Below are positions 51,632-64,000 of a stretch of DNA of 64,000 nt, piece after piece. The stretch lies in assembly GCA_951406725.2 (NCBI GenBank), contig OX597814.1:21452001-21516000 (forward strand), in the 5' to 3' direction. The position numbers and the translations under genes were made by a program. Source of the stretch: Octopus vulgaris. Taxonomy: Eukaryota. The notes below the pieces were generated by a model. The model saw only the letters and a list, made by a program, of their open reading frames with translations, was not told where the DNA came from and did not search any database. Position 1 is the stretch's first letter. Each line of letters opens with the position of its first letter.

Positions 51632-51794
51632 GACAGGCTTCTTTCAGTTTCCGTCTACCAAATCTAGTCACAAGGCATTGGTCGGCCCGGGACTATAGCA
51701 GAAGACACTTGCCCAAGATGCCACGCAGTGGGACTGAACCCGGAACCATGTGGTAAGTTAGCAAGCTACTTACCACACAACCACTCCTGCGCCT
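51322..51794 (-). mobile_element. SINE family A
   Basis: Full-length match. Confidence 0.9.
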
Positions 51795-52335
51795 AAAATT
51801 GTATATATGGTTAGTTTAAATATCTATTATCTATCATATATATTAATTCATTAATGTCTCGCAACTAAGTATTTTGCAAATGTTTGAAGTGTTAGATATC
51901 CATTTAGTAAACATACAATTTATCTTCCTGCGGACAGCAAGAGACATCGATTGTGCGAATTTCTGTTCATTAGAAAAAGATAACTCATCGTCTGTGCACG
52001 GAGAGATAAGTAACTTTTATTATTTATTATCTGTAGTGCATACAAACTTAAAACTGAGCTAAACTGATCGCTCTAATTATCATAATTTCCATTGTCAGCA
52101 TGCGCCAGAAACGCCAATTTTTAACTAATTGTGCGATAATGAACATTTTTATTTGCGATATTTCTTAATGTACAGTATACCTTCTTAATAAGTATGCAAT
52201 TTAGTTGCGATGTAAAATTAGCAATTAGAGTGTTTTCAAAACAGGTTTATCTCTCTGTCGACAGAAGCCTCTGTTGTAGCAATTTTGTTTAAATTTCTAT
52301 GTTCGTATCTACACTGAAATGTTCTATACTTGTAT

Positions 52336-52740
52336 AAGCGCAGGAGTGGCTGTGTGGTAAGTAGCTTGATAACAAACCACATGGTTCCGGGTTCAGTCCC
52401 ACTGCGTGGCATCTTGGGCAAGTGCCTTCTGCTATAGCCCCGGGCCGACCAATGCCTTGTGAGTGGATTTGATAGACGGAAGCTGAAAGAAGCCTGTCGT
52501 ATATATATGTGTGTGTGTGTATGTGTGTATGTGTGTTTGTGTGTCTGTGTTTGTCCCCCTAGCACTGCTTGACAACCGATACTGGTGTGTTTACGTCCCC
52601 GTAACTTAGCGGTTCGGCAAAAGTGACCGATAGAATAAGTACTGGGCTTACAAAGAATAAGTCCCGGGGTCGATTTGCTCGACTAAATGCGGTGCTCCAG
52701 CATGGCCACAGTCAAATGACTGAAACAAATAAAAGAGTAA
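52336..52740 (+). mobile_element. SINE family A
   Basis: Full-length match. Divergently oriented to 51322-51794. Confidence 0.9.
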
Positions 52741-53245
52741 AAAAAAATACATACACACGCGCTCGCACACACACACATTTGCCTCCCCTCCTCTCCTCTC
52801 CTTCATCTGACACCTACTTCCTCTCTTCATTCCTACCCACCTTCATTGATACCTCTCCTACCCACCTTCATTGATACCTTCTCCTACCCACCTTCATTGG
52901 TACCCACTCCGTCCACACCTCCCACTCCCACATATCACCCCCACACATCCCACTTTCACATACCCCCATAGCCTCACCCCTCACATCATCACCCACCCCC
53001 ATCCTCACCCAGCCTACATCCTCACCCCATACCCTCACCCCAAACCCATACCCCAACACCGCCACACCACATCACACCACCCCACACCACACCACTTCGC
53101 GCATACTACCGCTGACCATTTCCCATCACCCACAGCGTCATCCACACTCCCACACATTACAGACACAAACTCTTACACACGCACACATCCGCACGTCAAA
53201 GTCACCAGCCCCTATCTACACGTACACACACACTCTCACATGCTC

Positions 53246-53280
<35 letters not shown>

Positions 53281-53285
<5 letters not shown>

Positions 53286-53810
53286 AGTTGAAATTTACAG
53301 TAAAATGAAAGACGAAGACAGGTGCATAAACAGCAAGCACGTGTGTTAGTTTGACGCACCGGAAGGTGAGAAAGTCTTTTACGTTTCGAGCTTGCGCTCT
53401 TCAATAGAAAGGAGCACGAGGAAATAAAGAGAGAGAACAAAAACACTTGTGGAGATAGCGGTTAAACATGGTGACTCGTTGGACAAAGGTAGAAGAGCTA
53501 GGAAGAAGAGGAGATAATAAAGTACTAGTGATCCCAAAACGAAGGTGCACGTTTTGGGATCACTAGTACTTTATTATCTCCCCTTCTTCCTAGCTCTTCT
53601 ACCTTTGTCCAACGAGTTACCATGTCTGACCGCTATCTCCACAAGTGTTTTTATTCTCTCTCTTTATTTCCTCGTGCTCCTTTCTGTTGAAGAGCGCAAG
53701 CTCGAAACGTAAAAGACTTTCTCACCTTCCGGTGCGTCAAACTAACACACGTGCTTGCTGTTTATACACCTGTCTTCGTCTTTCATTTTACTGTAAATTT
53801 CAATTATACA
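53281..53810. mobile_element. About 260-bp-arm hairpin insertion in (TA)n with a hammerhead-like motif (PLE pseudo-LTR type)
   Basis: Arms 53281-53541 and 53550-53810 with the 8-nt loop aaggtgca. The ORF track shows the same peptide on both strands. Confidence 0.75.
53680..53715 (+). ncRNA. Variant minimal hammerhead-like motif
   Basis: cttt-CTGTTGA-a-gagc-gcaa-gctc-GAAA-c-GTA-aaag. GNRA-capped stem II and palindromic ACGT stem III. The mirror copy has CTATTGA. Confidence 0.55.
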
Positions 53811-54051
53811 TATATATATATATATACACGAACATTCTAACAACCATATATAGCAGAAACTGTCAGCATTACTCAAACTGCTGTTAAATAATTGCGAATA
53901 ATATTAGCATGAACCTATTGATACCGGACTAAGGATATTTTACTATTAAAGAAATTATTCATTCACCAAAGAAGTCTTGATTATTTACTATTTCTTACTT
54001 TACTCTTCGTTATTTACGGAGAGATATGCATGTACACTCACACACACGAAA

Positions 54052-54091
<40 letters not shown>

Positions 54092-54257
54092 TTAGAAATG
54101 TATAGGTATATATAAATGTGTGTGTGTTTGCCTATGTATTATATGTGTGTGTGTGTGTGTGTGTGTGCATCTCAATAAACCACTATTGTCACTGAAAGTT
54201 GTTTTTTTAATATTTACTACGTATTGCTTGAATCTAACTTTTTTCCCACTCCACGAT

Positions 54258-54307
<50 letters not shown>

Positions 54308-54310
<3 letters not shown>

Positions 54311-55576
54311 AAGAGGGGGGGTATTTCCACAGGAAAAAATATAGGAAAATGTGTTTTTAAAAATTCAGCTAAATTTTAAAAACTCGTAAATGTTTAAGAT
54401 ACATTTATTTACATATATGCCAAACTAGTTCCAGCAATATTTCTTGTTTATCAATGGTAAAAGTTTAAAATTAGTAAAACATCTTTAAAAGTTTCAATGT
54501 TGACAAATTAAAATGTTTCAATATTGATAAATTAACGAAACAGAAGGTGTACGTTTGAATGTTCATAGCAGTCAATAAAATTAAAACTATGTCAATTTGT
54601 TTCAAAGTACAAAGTTCATTAATTTTAGTGGTGGTCCACAAGTCATACTGAAAAAATAATTGTGTAATGAAAATAGTAAAAAATAGGGAATATAATTTTT
54701 TTCCGCGAGCGGATCTGATTTTTGATTTGTTAAAATATTGGTGGCGTTTTTCTTTTCTGTGGTCAAGCTTGTCCTTCTGCTTGGTTGGTTGCCTTGTGGA
54801 TACGGTCATAAGTCGTTCTGGTTGATTGGTTCTCTTAAAGGGTCATTTCGTTGTATTCGCTGAAGTTCGTTTTTAATTGGTCTCGAGTTAGGTGACGTCA
54901 GCAACTGCTGTTTGTAAAATTTCATTGGACTGGAGGTGGGTGACGTCGGCAACTAGTGTTTGTATGGTGATTTGGAGTTGCGGTTTCGGAACCCGGGTGG
55001 AAGATTGTTACTAAAGTTTGTTTATTTTTTTGTTGTTGTTTTGTGTTGAAATTGAGTCTCTTTTCTTTTCACTGTTTTTTCTTCTTTCTAAAGGATATTC
55101 AGCTGTAGTTTATATTTTTTAATCAGTATGTTTTCCTTATTTAAACGGAATTGAGTTGAAGTGTTTTCAGTGCATTGATAGAAAGGTTGTGGTGGTGACT
55201 ACATTGGTCAAACTAACTTAACTTTGAGGGGCAGACTTACGGTGCACAGGCAACAAATCCGGGACCCCACCACTAAGGAAATTCCCGTAAACAAGCACCT
55301 AGATTAATGACCCGTAGACATAAATCCTGAATACCAAATCTTTCCTCTCTATCAATGCACTGGAAACACTTCAACCCAATTCCGTTTAAATAAGGAAAAC
55401 ATACTGATTAAAAAATATAAACTACAGCTGAATATCCATTAGAAAAAAAAAAGAAGTAAAAAAAAATAAAGACTCAATTTCAACACAAAAAAAACAAAAA
55501 CTTTAGTAACCACCCGGGTTCCGAAACTCCAAATCACCATACAAACACCGGTTGCCGACGTCACCCACCACCAGTC
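54308..55576. mobile_element. PLE 3'-end relic with an inverted duplication
   Basis: Inverted arms about 54928-55185 and 55343-55576. GIY-YIG coding remnant. Starts at (TA)n. Degenerate hammerhead-like motif at about 54418-54460 on the minus strand. Confidence 0.7.
55185..55442 (+). pseudogene. PLE GIY-YIG endonuclease C-terminal remnant (not in the ORF track)
   Basis: Manual translation GCGGDYIGQTNLTLRGRLTVHRQQIRDPTTKEIPVNKHLD**PVDINPEYQIFPLYQCTGNTSTQFRLNKENILIKKYKLQLNIH*, homologous to 23014-23300. Confidence 0.85.
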
Positions 55577-58236
55577 TTACCCTCGATCCAGTGTTGCTAT
55601 TCCTCTGGTCAAATCTAATATGACATTGCCTGGTATTGATTCAAATTGCACACACCAGCAGCTTAATGAGATGTAGTCAACCCTTACTATTTTTATGTGC
55701 AATTCCAGCTTATCCATTTAACAATACTAACGACGTTTCTTTGCTTTCAACCGGAAAAGGCATAAAATCCATTTGATCGTTTCATCCCAAGAGCTATATA
55801 TATGTAAGACCAAACCATTTATTAAATGTTTCTTTCTTCATTCTGTGTAATACAGATTTCATTGGGTGGTTCAGTCCAACGTTTTAGCTGGGTGTGGCAG
55901 AGGCTGAATGGTTTACGACTATTTGCGGACTTGAATTACTTAGTTCAAATCCTTGATGCGGACGAAAGTTTGAGTCAATGAATATATTCAACAACAAAAG
56001 AGGTCAATTCGTTTCCCAATATTAAGTACGCGAATATCATTTTTCAGAATACTTACTCTTATTGTTGAATAATTACTTATATTATTGAAACTATTCTAGC
56101 TTTGGTGACATTTATCGTTATTGCCATTTTGTGAATAATTACAAAACACCAATATCCCTTTGGGGAAAGACACTAATCAACATTGCTTAGTTTCAAGCAC
56201 TTGAGAAGCTAATTCGAGTCAGTTCTGTCTATAAAATGGAAGCTAATATTTTTTGGAAACTGAGAAAGGATATTCCCGCGTCTTAAAAATGAAACCTTCA
56301 TACATTTTGTCACGTTAAAGCGGTCATAAAATGTGATAATAACAGTTTGAGATGTCACTTTAATAGCGTTCAGTTTCAAAATACGGCCAAAGAAGCAAAC
56401 CATTAGAGAGAAGTTTTGTGAAGAAAATAGTAATTTTCTGTGACTTTGGGAGTTGCATATGGTCGAATCGATAAAATTCCGGGTTTGCCAGTCTAAAATA
56501 ATATTCATGATAACAACGTAATGATTTCAAAGCCTATTACAGCAATGACTGCTTCTACATATATCCACCACAATAGCTTTTGGATACGGACAACAGAAAG
56601 TGCTTAATTCAACGCTTCATCGAGTCAAAAGGTTTTCGTTCCGCTCGTGTTAAAACACTAGGTTAGAAACTGATGCCTATTTGCATCTGTGATGATGCGG
56701 TGCATCAACAACATCCACAGATACATATTCACATGAGGCAGCATTGCTTAGTAAGATATGACTGGAATTCAAAGAGGTAGCGGCTGATCCGTCACTCTTC
56801 GAGACGGTGGCAGCAGTGGTAGTTATGGTGGCGACGAGTGTACAGTCCCGCTATGCGACAGGATAGCATTGCATAGAAAGAAACCAAGTATTTCCAAAGA
56901 CTGCAACGTGACTATAGCTAAACGACGTGAACACTGACTGGAACGCGTTATCTTGCCAGTATTTATACTTCTAAGCATGTTCTTGCAATACATTACAGAC
57001 CGAGCACAGACACTGATAAGACACACATACAGGTACAAATCTCGCTGCAGAGAAACCTTTACATTTCATAGTTCATTTTTTCTCACCAGTGCGTAGCCAA
57101 GACAGTCCTCCAATACACCAGGTCATTAATCCGTATGTAAATATGCAACATTCTATTGAATACTATTATAGGCAGCAAAATATTTTGTCTTTTGTCAGGA
57201 GGGAAGCAGTACCCATGATATGTTGCAGAGCCTCTGAGTCTTGTGGGAGAAATTAAGGAAGGTAACGTCAAACTGGAAACTTGCAGCAAATGCTTACAAC
57301 AGAATGAAATGCATAAAATGCTGATGGTATTGAACCAAGTCTTCAATACAAGTAGGCCATAACTGAACGTATACCACAAGGCGTCCGGCCTGACGTTCTT
57401 ACATTCCCCATAAGCCACCGCCTTCGATTCGTATTTCTTTCTCTTTTTGATTGACACGAAAAGATAGAAGGAAATGTTGACTACGGAGTGATTTGAACGC
57501 AAACATCAGAGAATCTGAACAAATTCTTTGAAGCATTCTGTCCGACACCTTAATGACTACCAAATCGTGGACTAAAGGAATCGTTTAACTGGCAAGTGTT
57601 TCTTGCTCCATATCAGGTGAAAAAGTTACAAGGTTTTACAATTCAATTTCATACCACAATATTTGCAGACATAAGATTGTGTTATTTGTTTTATCTCAGT
57701 ATTGTTTCATTCAGTTTAGGTTTATTAACAAGTTGTACTCTTTCTAGCCTTCTAGATGAAAAACATTACCCAACATTCTGAAAGATGTGCTAACACAAAA
57801 AGACTCGACTGCCAACTGATGGTATGGAAAGTAGGAGTGGCAGATATATATATATTTCTTTCATATTTTTAGTGATTATGTAATCAATTATATGCTAAAT
57901 ATTTGGACTGAAGATGCATCAAGGCTGTTTTATGTTTATTTGATTGAAGAAAAAAGTGGTTTTGTGACTAAAAAGATGAGTTCGTTACAAAAGAATAACA
58001 GACACCAACCGTTAGTATTCATCCTATATCGTGTGCCCCCAATTCATACCAGACTCAAGAACTATTATCACCAAGTAGCAAGACATTATCAAAATATGTG
58101 GTAGAATGTAAGCTAATATTTTTTTTAAATGTTCTTTTCTTATTCGATCCATGACGCAACCGAAGCATAACAACGTTTTAAATCAATTGAATTCCACTTC
58201 CTCAGATCTAGCTTTAATGGGGTAATGTAGCCTATT

Positions 58237-58680
58237 GGCGAGCTGGCAGAAACGTTAGTACGTAAGGCGGCGAGCTGGCAGAAACGTTAGCACGCCGGCC
58301 GAAATGCTTAGAGGTATTTCGTCTGCCGCTACGTTCTGAGTTCAAATTCCGCCGAGGTCGACTTTGCCTTTCAACCTTTCGGGGTCCATTAAATAAGTAC
58401 CAGTGACGCACTGGGATCGATGTGATCGACTTAATGCGTTTGTCTGTCCTTGTTTGTTCCCCCTGTGTTCAGCCCCTTGCGGGTAGTAAAGAAATAGGTA
58501 TTTCGTCTGCCGTTACGTTCTGAGTTCAAATTCCGCCGAGGTCGACTTTGCCTTTCATCCTTTCGGGGTCGATTAAATAAGTACCAGTTACGCACTGGGG
58601 TCGATATAATCGACTTAATCCGTTTGTCTGTCCTTGTCTGTCCCCTCTATGTTTAGCCCTTTGTGGGCAATAAAGAAATA
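58237..58680 (+). mobile_element. SINE family B tandem (duplicated head, two bodies) with a Tx1-like tail
   Basis: Head repeated at 58237 and 58266, body repeated at 58313-58497 and 58497-58680. The central gaggtcgactttgcctttcatcctttcggggtcgattaaataagtaccag recalls the Meta/MESC SINE domain (from memory, unverified). Confidence 0.88.
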
Positions 58681-59237
58681 AAAAATGTAGCCAGTTGACT
58701 GCAGGGGAAAGGGCGGTAACTTTAGCAATGGTAGTTGTTATAGGAAACCTGTCACCAAATTTCATTTTCTTCCTTCTCTATCTAGTAAATTGTCTAAGCT
58801 TATATTTTCTAGTTGATATACCTTGAAAAACTAGTTTCACTAAGAACAGTGATAGCAATGTCATATTTCCTTACGATTTGAGAGATTAGATCAGATCCTT
58901 CTGAATTCGCACGTTCCAAGATACAACATTCAGCTGCTTCTTGGCAGCGTCCTTAAAAGAGATTTAAAATATTTTGACAGCTATGTGCACATGATCTTAC
59001 AAGTAGGAATGTGTGTATGCATTTTAGGGCAGTTTTTACTACCCTCTCAATCAAGAAACAACGTGCTGTATCTAAAACTACCTGATTTATCCCCAGCATA
59101 GGACACAGGTTGAATGGATGAATGGATGAATGGATGGATGGATGGATGGATGGATGGATGGATGGATGGAACATAAAGGCAGGCAGACAGAGAGACGGAT
59201 TGAACGGATGGATGCATGGACAGTCAGACAGACACAC

Positions 59238-59314
<77 letters not shown>

Positions 59315-60063
59315 CTCATGAGTTTCTCATACAGAAAGTGCCACCACCGGAAGGTCGTCATTATACAGATTTCCAGCACGGAACTTCAGTAATATCCTCT
59401 CCTGTTCCCAGATGCAGTTTCCTCACGGTCACTGGTCTTGCTTTCAAAACAAGTTCTATCTATAAGTATTAATTGATCTAATAAATACCACACACAATGA
59501 TTTGATTATAGAAATGAAGGCATCCATATTTTGGTGGGGCTTCCTAATTAGACCAAGTTGGTGCAGAGTGTCACAAACTCGAACGATAACAAACACTAGA
59601 AATGGTATTAAAGCACATTTGTTTGTAACCTCGAGTGGTTTTGTGTCCTCGCTTACTGTTAGTAGTTACCAGATTATAAAATGTGAGATTTATCCATCCT
59701 GTTGACAAGTGTTGTTTTATGTCTTGCTGGGTTTCTAACAATCTCTATACCAAACTATCCAGGAGAGGTACCGGTTTAGAGGCCAAGGTCTAAATCATGT
59801 GACATCGCACGATACCAGTAGCAGTGGATTGCAGGATACCAGTACCACTAACGTGTCGTAATAAATAACAGGTCAATTACAAACACACACACACACTCAC
59901 ATAAATATATATGACTGGCTTTTCTATGATGTAATTGAAATATTATTATTGACAAATATATGAGTGTTTTCATTCTTGTTCTGAATCTTATTCTACATAT
60001 AATTCAATTATTAATTATGTCAGTTTTATCCTATGCTATCTACAGTTAGAATGTCCGCGATAA

Positions 60064-60104
<41 letters not shown>

Positions 60105-60106
<2 letters not shown>

Positions 60107-60360
60107 AACAGGACAAATCTCTTTCCGAGTCATATAGACTCAGAGTGATGGTTTTCCTGTTTCTGTGGCGTATATATACCCTGCTCCCTGGGTGGGAAGC
60201 TAGTCCGTCGTAGGAATAGTCATTTTTGGCAGCTGAGTGGGCTGGGTCAACGTTAAATGAAATGTTTTGCTTAAGAACACAATGTATCGCCCGATTCAGA
60301 AATCGAAACCACAATCTTACGATCATAATCCAATATCCCTAACCACTAAGCCACGCGCCT
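60105..60360 (-). mobile_element. SINE family C with a (TTTA)n tail
   Basis: ggcgcgtggcttagtggttaggg..ggtttcgatttc..gtgttcttaagcaaaacatttc..ccactcagctgcc. Confidence 0.75.
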
Positions 60361-61549
60361 CAACGTAGTCCATCATGCCAATCTTAAACTGAATCTCTTA
60401 CATTTTATTCCTCTTATTCTGAAAGATAGGGACTTTGTACGAGAACAAAGAAACCTATATTGTAATACTCATGTTGGTAAACGTATCAGAAACGGTAGCG
60501 TGCCAGATTTATCAATATTTGATTTTTTACTATCAAATTCAAAACTCGTTAGTGTCCACTTGAGTTTCTTCCCTGCAGGTTCAATAAATTTAGTATCAAT
60601 AACATCATTCAATCGACTAAATACTTCCTCTACAAAGTTTAGTCTGTGTCTAGACAAAAGAAATCGATATTATGATGCACAATATAGTAAAACTCAGAGA
60701 TGTATGTAAGTCAATTAACTATTACAAAAGCAAATAAGTTTGTAAATATAAACAATATTCTTCATGAGATAAACAATATGTAGAAATTATTCATATTGAA
60801 TTAATGACCAGTAGATTATTAACAGACTCATCGCGTGTGTTGTACTTCAAACATACCAGAACGCTTTTATTGTTTGAATAGACAGAAACAATTCCTCGCG
60901 TTTCTAAATAGTTTATGATTTATTAATATCATCAAGTCTTCAGATAAACATTTCACTCTGTGAACTAAGTTATATATTCAGTCCATTACATGTTAAGATA
61001 GCCGATCGTTTATAAATAGAATTTATTGTAACTGCACCTGTTCTGTTTTCCCCGCATTGCCATGTGATTACAAAGCCATTATGGGTATAGAAAGTATGGA
61101 ACGTATTTGAGAATTGTTCGCTCTTACATTAAAAACATTTTGAAATATTCGTTCAGAGTAAATAACTTTAGTGCAGAGAATCTGGATTTTGCAATCTCAC
61201 TGGCTTTAACTCGAAAAGTTACTCTTTTGTATATTGTTTGATGTTTTACTTCTCCAGGTGTTTAGTCATAAACTTTCTGAAAAGGGAAAAAACGGGAAAA
61301 AAAAAATGATAATAAATAATACTCTGGAAGACAGGGTGAAATATAAAATGATAAAGAACAGGACAAAATGGTTTCGGTACATTTTCCTTTTTGCAATTTA
61401 TTTCTGTTTAATCTAGGCCGATCTCACTTTTCATTCTTCTGAAGGAAATAAAATGTATCAGGCTACCCAAACAATATACGAACTTGTGTCAAAGTTAATA
61501 GATAAACAACTACGTGGACTATGTTTTTAACTGATGGTAACATGCACCA

Positions 61550-61633
<84 letters not shown>

Positions 61634-61753
61634 AGAGAGAGAGGGGGTGAGATATAAGCTAAATAGTATGACTGCTTACTCATACGATTACCGAACTGGG
61701 AGTCTAACTACGGTCCTTCTGTAGCACTTACATAGCCTTACCTGCCATTTGGT

Positions 61754-61806
<53 letters not shown>

Positions 61807-61810
<4 letters not shown>

Positions 61811-62704
61811 ATATTTCGGAATGGTCATATTGCCAGTTTAGCCAATAAAAACACACGCACTATATATTTGGTGTTATTTTGCTTCAGTGATATTTATTTT
61901 TTACATTAATCTTAATCATATTTCGGCCAAAGTTCTTTCGTCACACTCCTGTGACCGCATCAGTGGTCCTTTGTTTTCTTCTCACTTACTTGTGTCTCTC
62001 CTTACTAACCGTCAGCCATTTTGTATTTCTATTGTATGTCTTCATCTGCGCATGCTTATATCTCTATGTGCGTCTATGTTTATTTAGTGTGTGTGTGGGG
62101 GGGATGCCTGTAATATTTGTATCTTCTGGTTATATACATTCTTGTAATTTGTATTTTGTTTTTGTTGTTGTTGCTTTTGTTCTAATTTTGTTCATGTGTT
62201 TACATCCACCCATTATTATCATTACATATGCTTGTATGTATGTATAACAACAATATTAGTAATAATAATAATAAATCTAATTGAAAAAAAAAAAATATAT
62301 ATATACAAGAATGTATATAACCAGAAGATACAAATATTACAGGCATCCCCCCCACACACACACACACTAAATAAACATAGACGCACATAGAGATATAAGC
62401 ATGCGCAGATGAAGACATACAATAGAAATACAAAATGGCTGACGGTTAGTAAGGAGAGACACAAGTAAGTGAGAAGAAAACAAAGGACCACTGATGCGGT
62501 CACAGGAGTGTGACGAAAGAACTTTGGCCGAAATAAGATTAAGATTAATGTAAAAAATAAATATCACTGAAGCAAAATAACACCAAATATATAGTGCGTG
62601 TGTTTTTATTGGCTAAACTGGCAATATGACCATTCCGAAATATAACAATATCTGTTTCAACACACGACTTCACATAAAAAATCTTGCACAACAAATATTT
62701 AAAC

Positions 62705-62705
<1 letters not shown>
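61807..62705. mobile_element. About 340-bp-arm inverted-repeat insertion in (TA)n with a one-sided tail (PLE pseudo-LTR-like)
   Basis: Arms 61807-62146 and 62305-62646 are near-identical. About 160-bp spacer. Tail 62647-62705 on the right only. Confidence 0.7.
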
Positions 62706-62766
<61 letters not shown>

Positions 62767-62769
62767 TAT

Positions 62770-63057
62770 ATAGTATATAAATCACAGAGTGTGTGTGTGT
62801 ATAATGACTAACGCATGCATTTCCATAATTCCCAACCGATTTTCACCAACCTTTACGCACACATTACTTTATGTCCCAAGGATCGTCATGCACTATAACA
62901 TTAACATTTTCCCCAGAGCTCCCGCGTAAATGGGCGCAAATCATAAAGTTGGGAGCAAGAATTTCCAGGATCTTACGATTGTACATCGCTGCATACCTTT
63001 CTCGCCTTCTCTCCAGGCAGTAGAGTTTCATTTTTTTAACCTCTCCCAGGAGGTCTA

Positions 63058-63058
<1 letters not shown>
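62770..63058 (+). mobile_element. Possible non-autonomous Helitron-like relic
   Basis: tatataaatc..(gt)n..aaccgattttcaccaaccttt resembles the 5' region of non-autonomous Helitrons. No clear 3' hairpin/CTAG. Confidence 0.3.
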
Positions 63059-63138
<80 letters not shown>

Positions 63139-63237
63139 GAGAGAGAATGAAGATAACTTTATAATTTCGTTAAACCGAAGAATAAACATAGGACTGCAAA
63201 TGGAAGTGCTCAGGTAACACAGAGACGAAAGGGAAAA

Positions 63238-63580
63238 TAAATTGAAAGGTTTAATGAATAAACGCACCAATTGGTCAAAACAACTTTATAACATTCCCAT
63301 ATTACCATAAATCGAATATAAATATATATAGAAAAGCATCACGGCACCCAATAGTAAAACCTAATAGTATAAAATATACATATATATAAATAGAATACAA
63401 GAAAATATACGAGTACCTCTTGTATTCGTATATATCTGTAAGTTTTATACTATTGGGTTTTACCATTGGATGCCCTGATGTTTCTAATATATATTTATGT
63501 TCGGTTTATGGTAATGTGGGAATGTTATAAATTTATTTTGACTAATTAGAGCGTTTATTCATTATAACTTTCAATTTAAA
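63238..63580. repeat. Diverged inverted repeat (about 170-bp arms) beside (TA)n
   Basis: aaattgaaagg..aataaacgc..ataacattccca..ttaccataaa..aatagtataaaa mirrors ttttatactatt..tttatggtaa..tgggaatgttat..gcgtttatt..ctttcaattt. Confidence 0.75.
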
Positions 63581-63581
63581 T

Positions 63582-63622
<41 letters not shown>

Positions 63623-64000
63623 GAAAGAGAGAGAAACTAAAAGAGGTAGATAAATATGTATGAAAGCTAGCACACACACACACGCGCGCACATACACACA
63701 CACACACACACAATACACACCCTATAAAGGAAATCTACCCTTAAATGAAATCGCAAACTGTATCGAAACCCCTCCGGTAGATTCTACCTGTAATTCAAAG
63801 GGACTGCCTTAGTACAGGCACTGTGCCATACTGATTTTGTTTAAGAATTACGTTGATGTTAAACATGTCCGTGGAGTATTCAGCCACTTACAAGTTAATT
63901 CAAGGAGTAGGTAATTCAGTTCGTAGAATCATATGGTTTTAAGTTCAATCCCACTACGTGGCACACGGCGCAAGTGTCTTCATTTATAGGCCCGGGCTAA

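Noticed and set aside
52780-53200. C-rich tract and His/Pro-rich ORF
   Set aside because: Low-complexity sequence with a short local duplication and no coding evidence.
56560-57420. Possible ancient RTE-like relic or exon
   Set aside because: Too degenerate, with no convincing conserved motif.

Overview
AT-rich, microsatellite-dense eukaryotic DNA. The SINE/LINE repertoire resembles an octopod cephalopod genome, which is an inference from memory and not a search result. No host protein-coding gene could be supported. The window is almost entirely retroelement-derived and holds four main classes. (1) R4/Dong-type RLE LINEs at (TAA)n: one near-intact copy at 158-4340, one decayed full-length copy at 33827-37790 and about ten fragments. 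(2) An L1/Tx1-clade APE-RT LINE within (GATA)n/(GAAA)n at 27016-31667. (3) Penelope-like elements (PLEs: RT, Cys-linker, GIY-YIG) and their relics, inserted mostly in (TA)n as inverted hairpin structures that carry minimal hammerhead-ribozyme motifs. (4) At least three tRNA-derived SINE families. The most notable observations are these. A short element joins a tRNA-derived Pol III head, a (TAA)n spacer and a PLE-type minimal hammerhead ribozyme, and one copy is integrated as a PLE-style inverted pair, making it a candidate PLE-mobilised ribozyme SINE. One SINE subfamily has a 3' tail matching the 3' end of the resident Tx1 LINE. There is a panel of hammerhead core variants, and each retroelement class prefers a different microsatellite. 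Boundaries were read by eye and are approximate.
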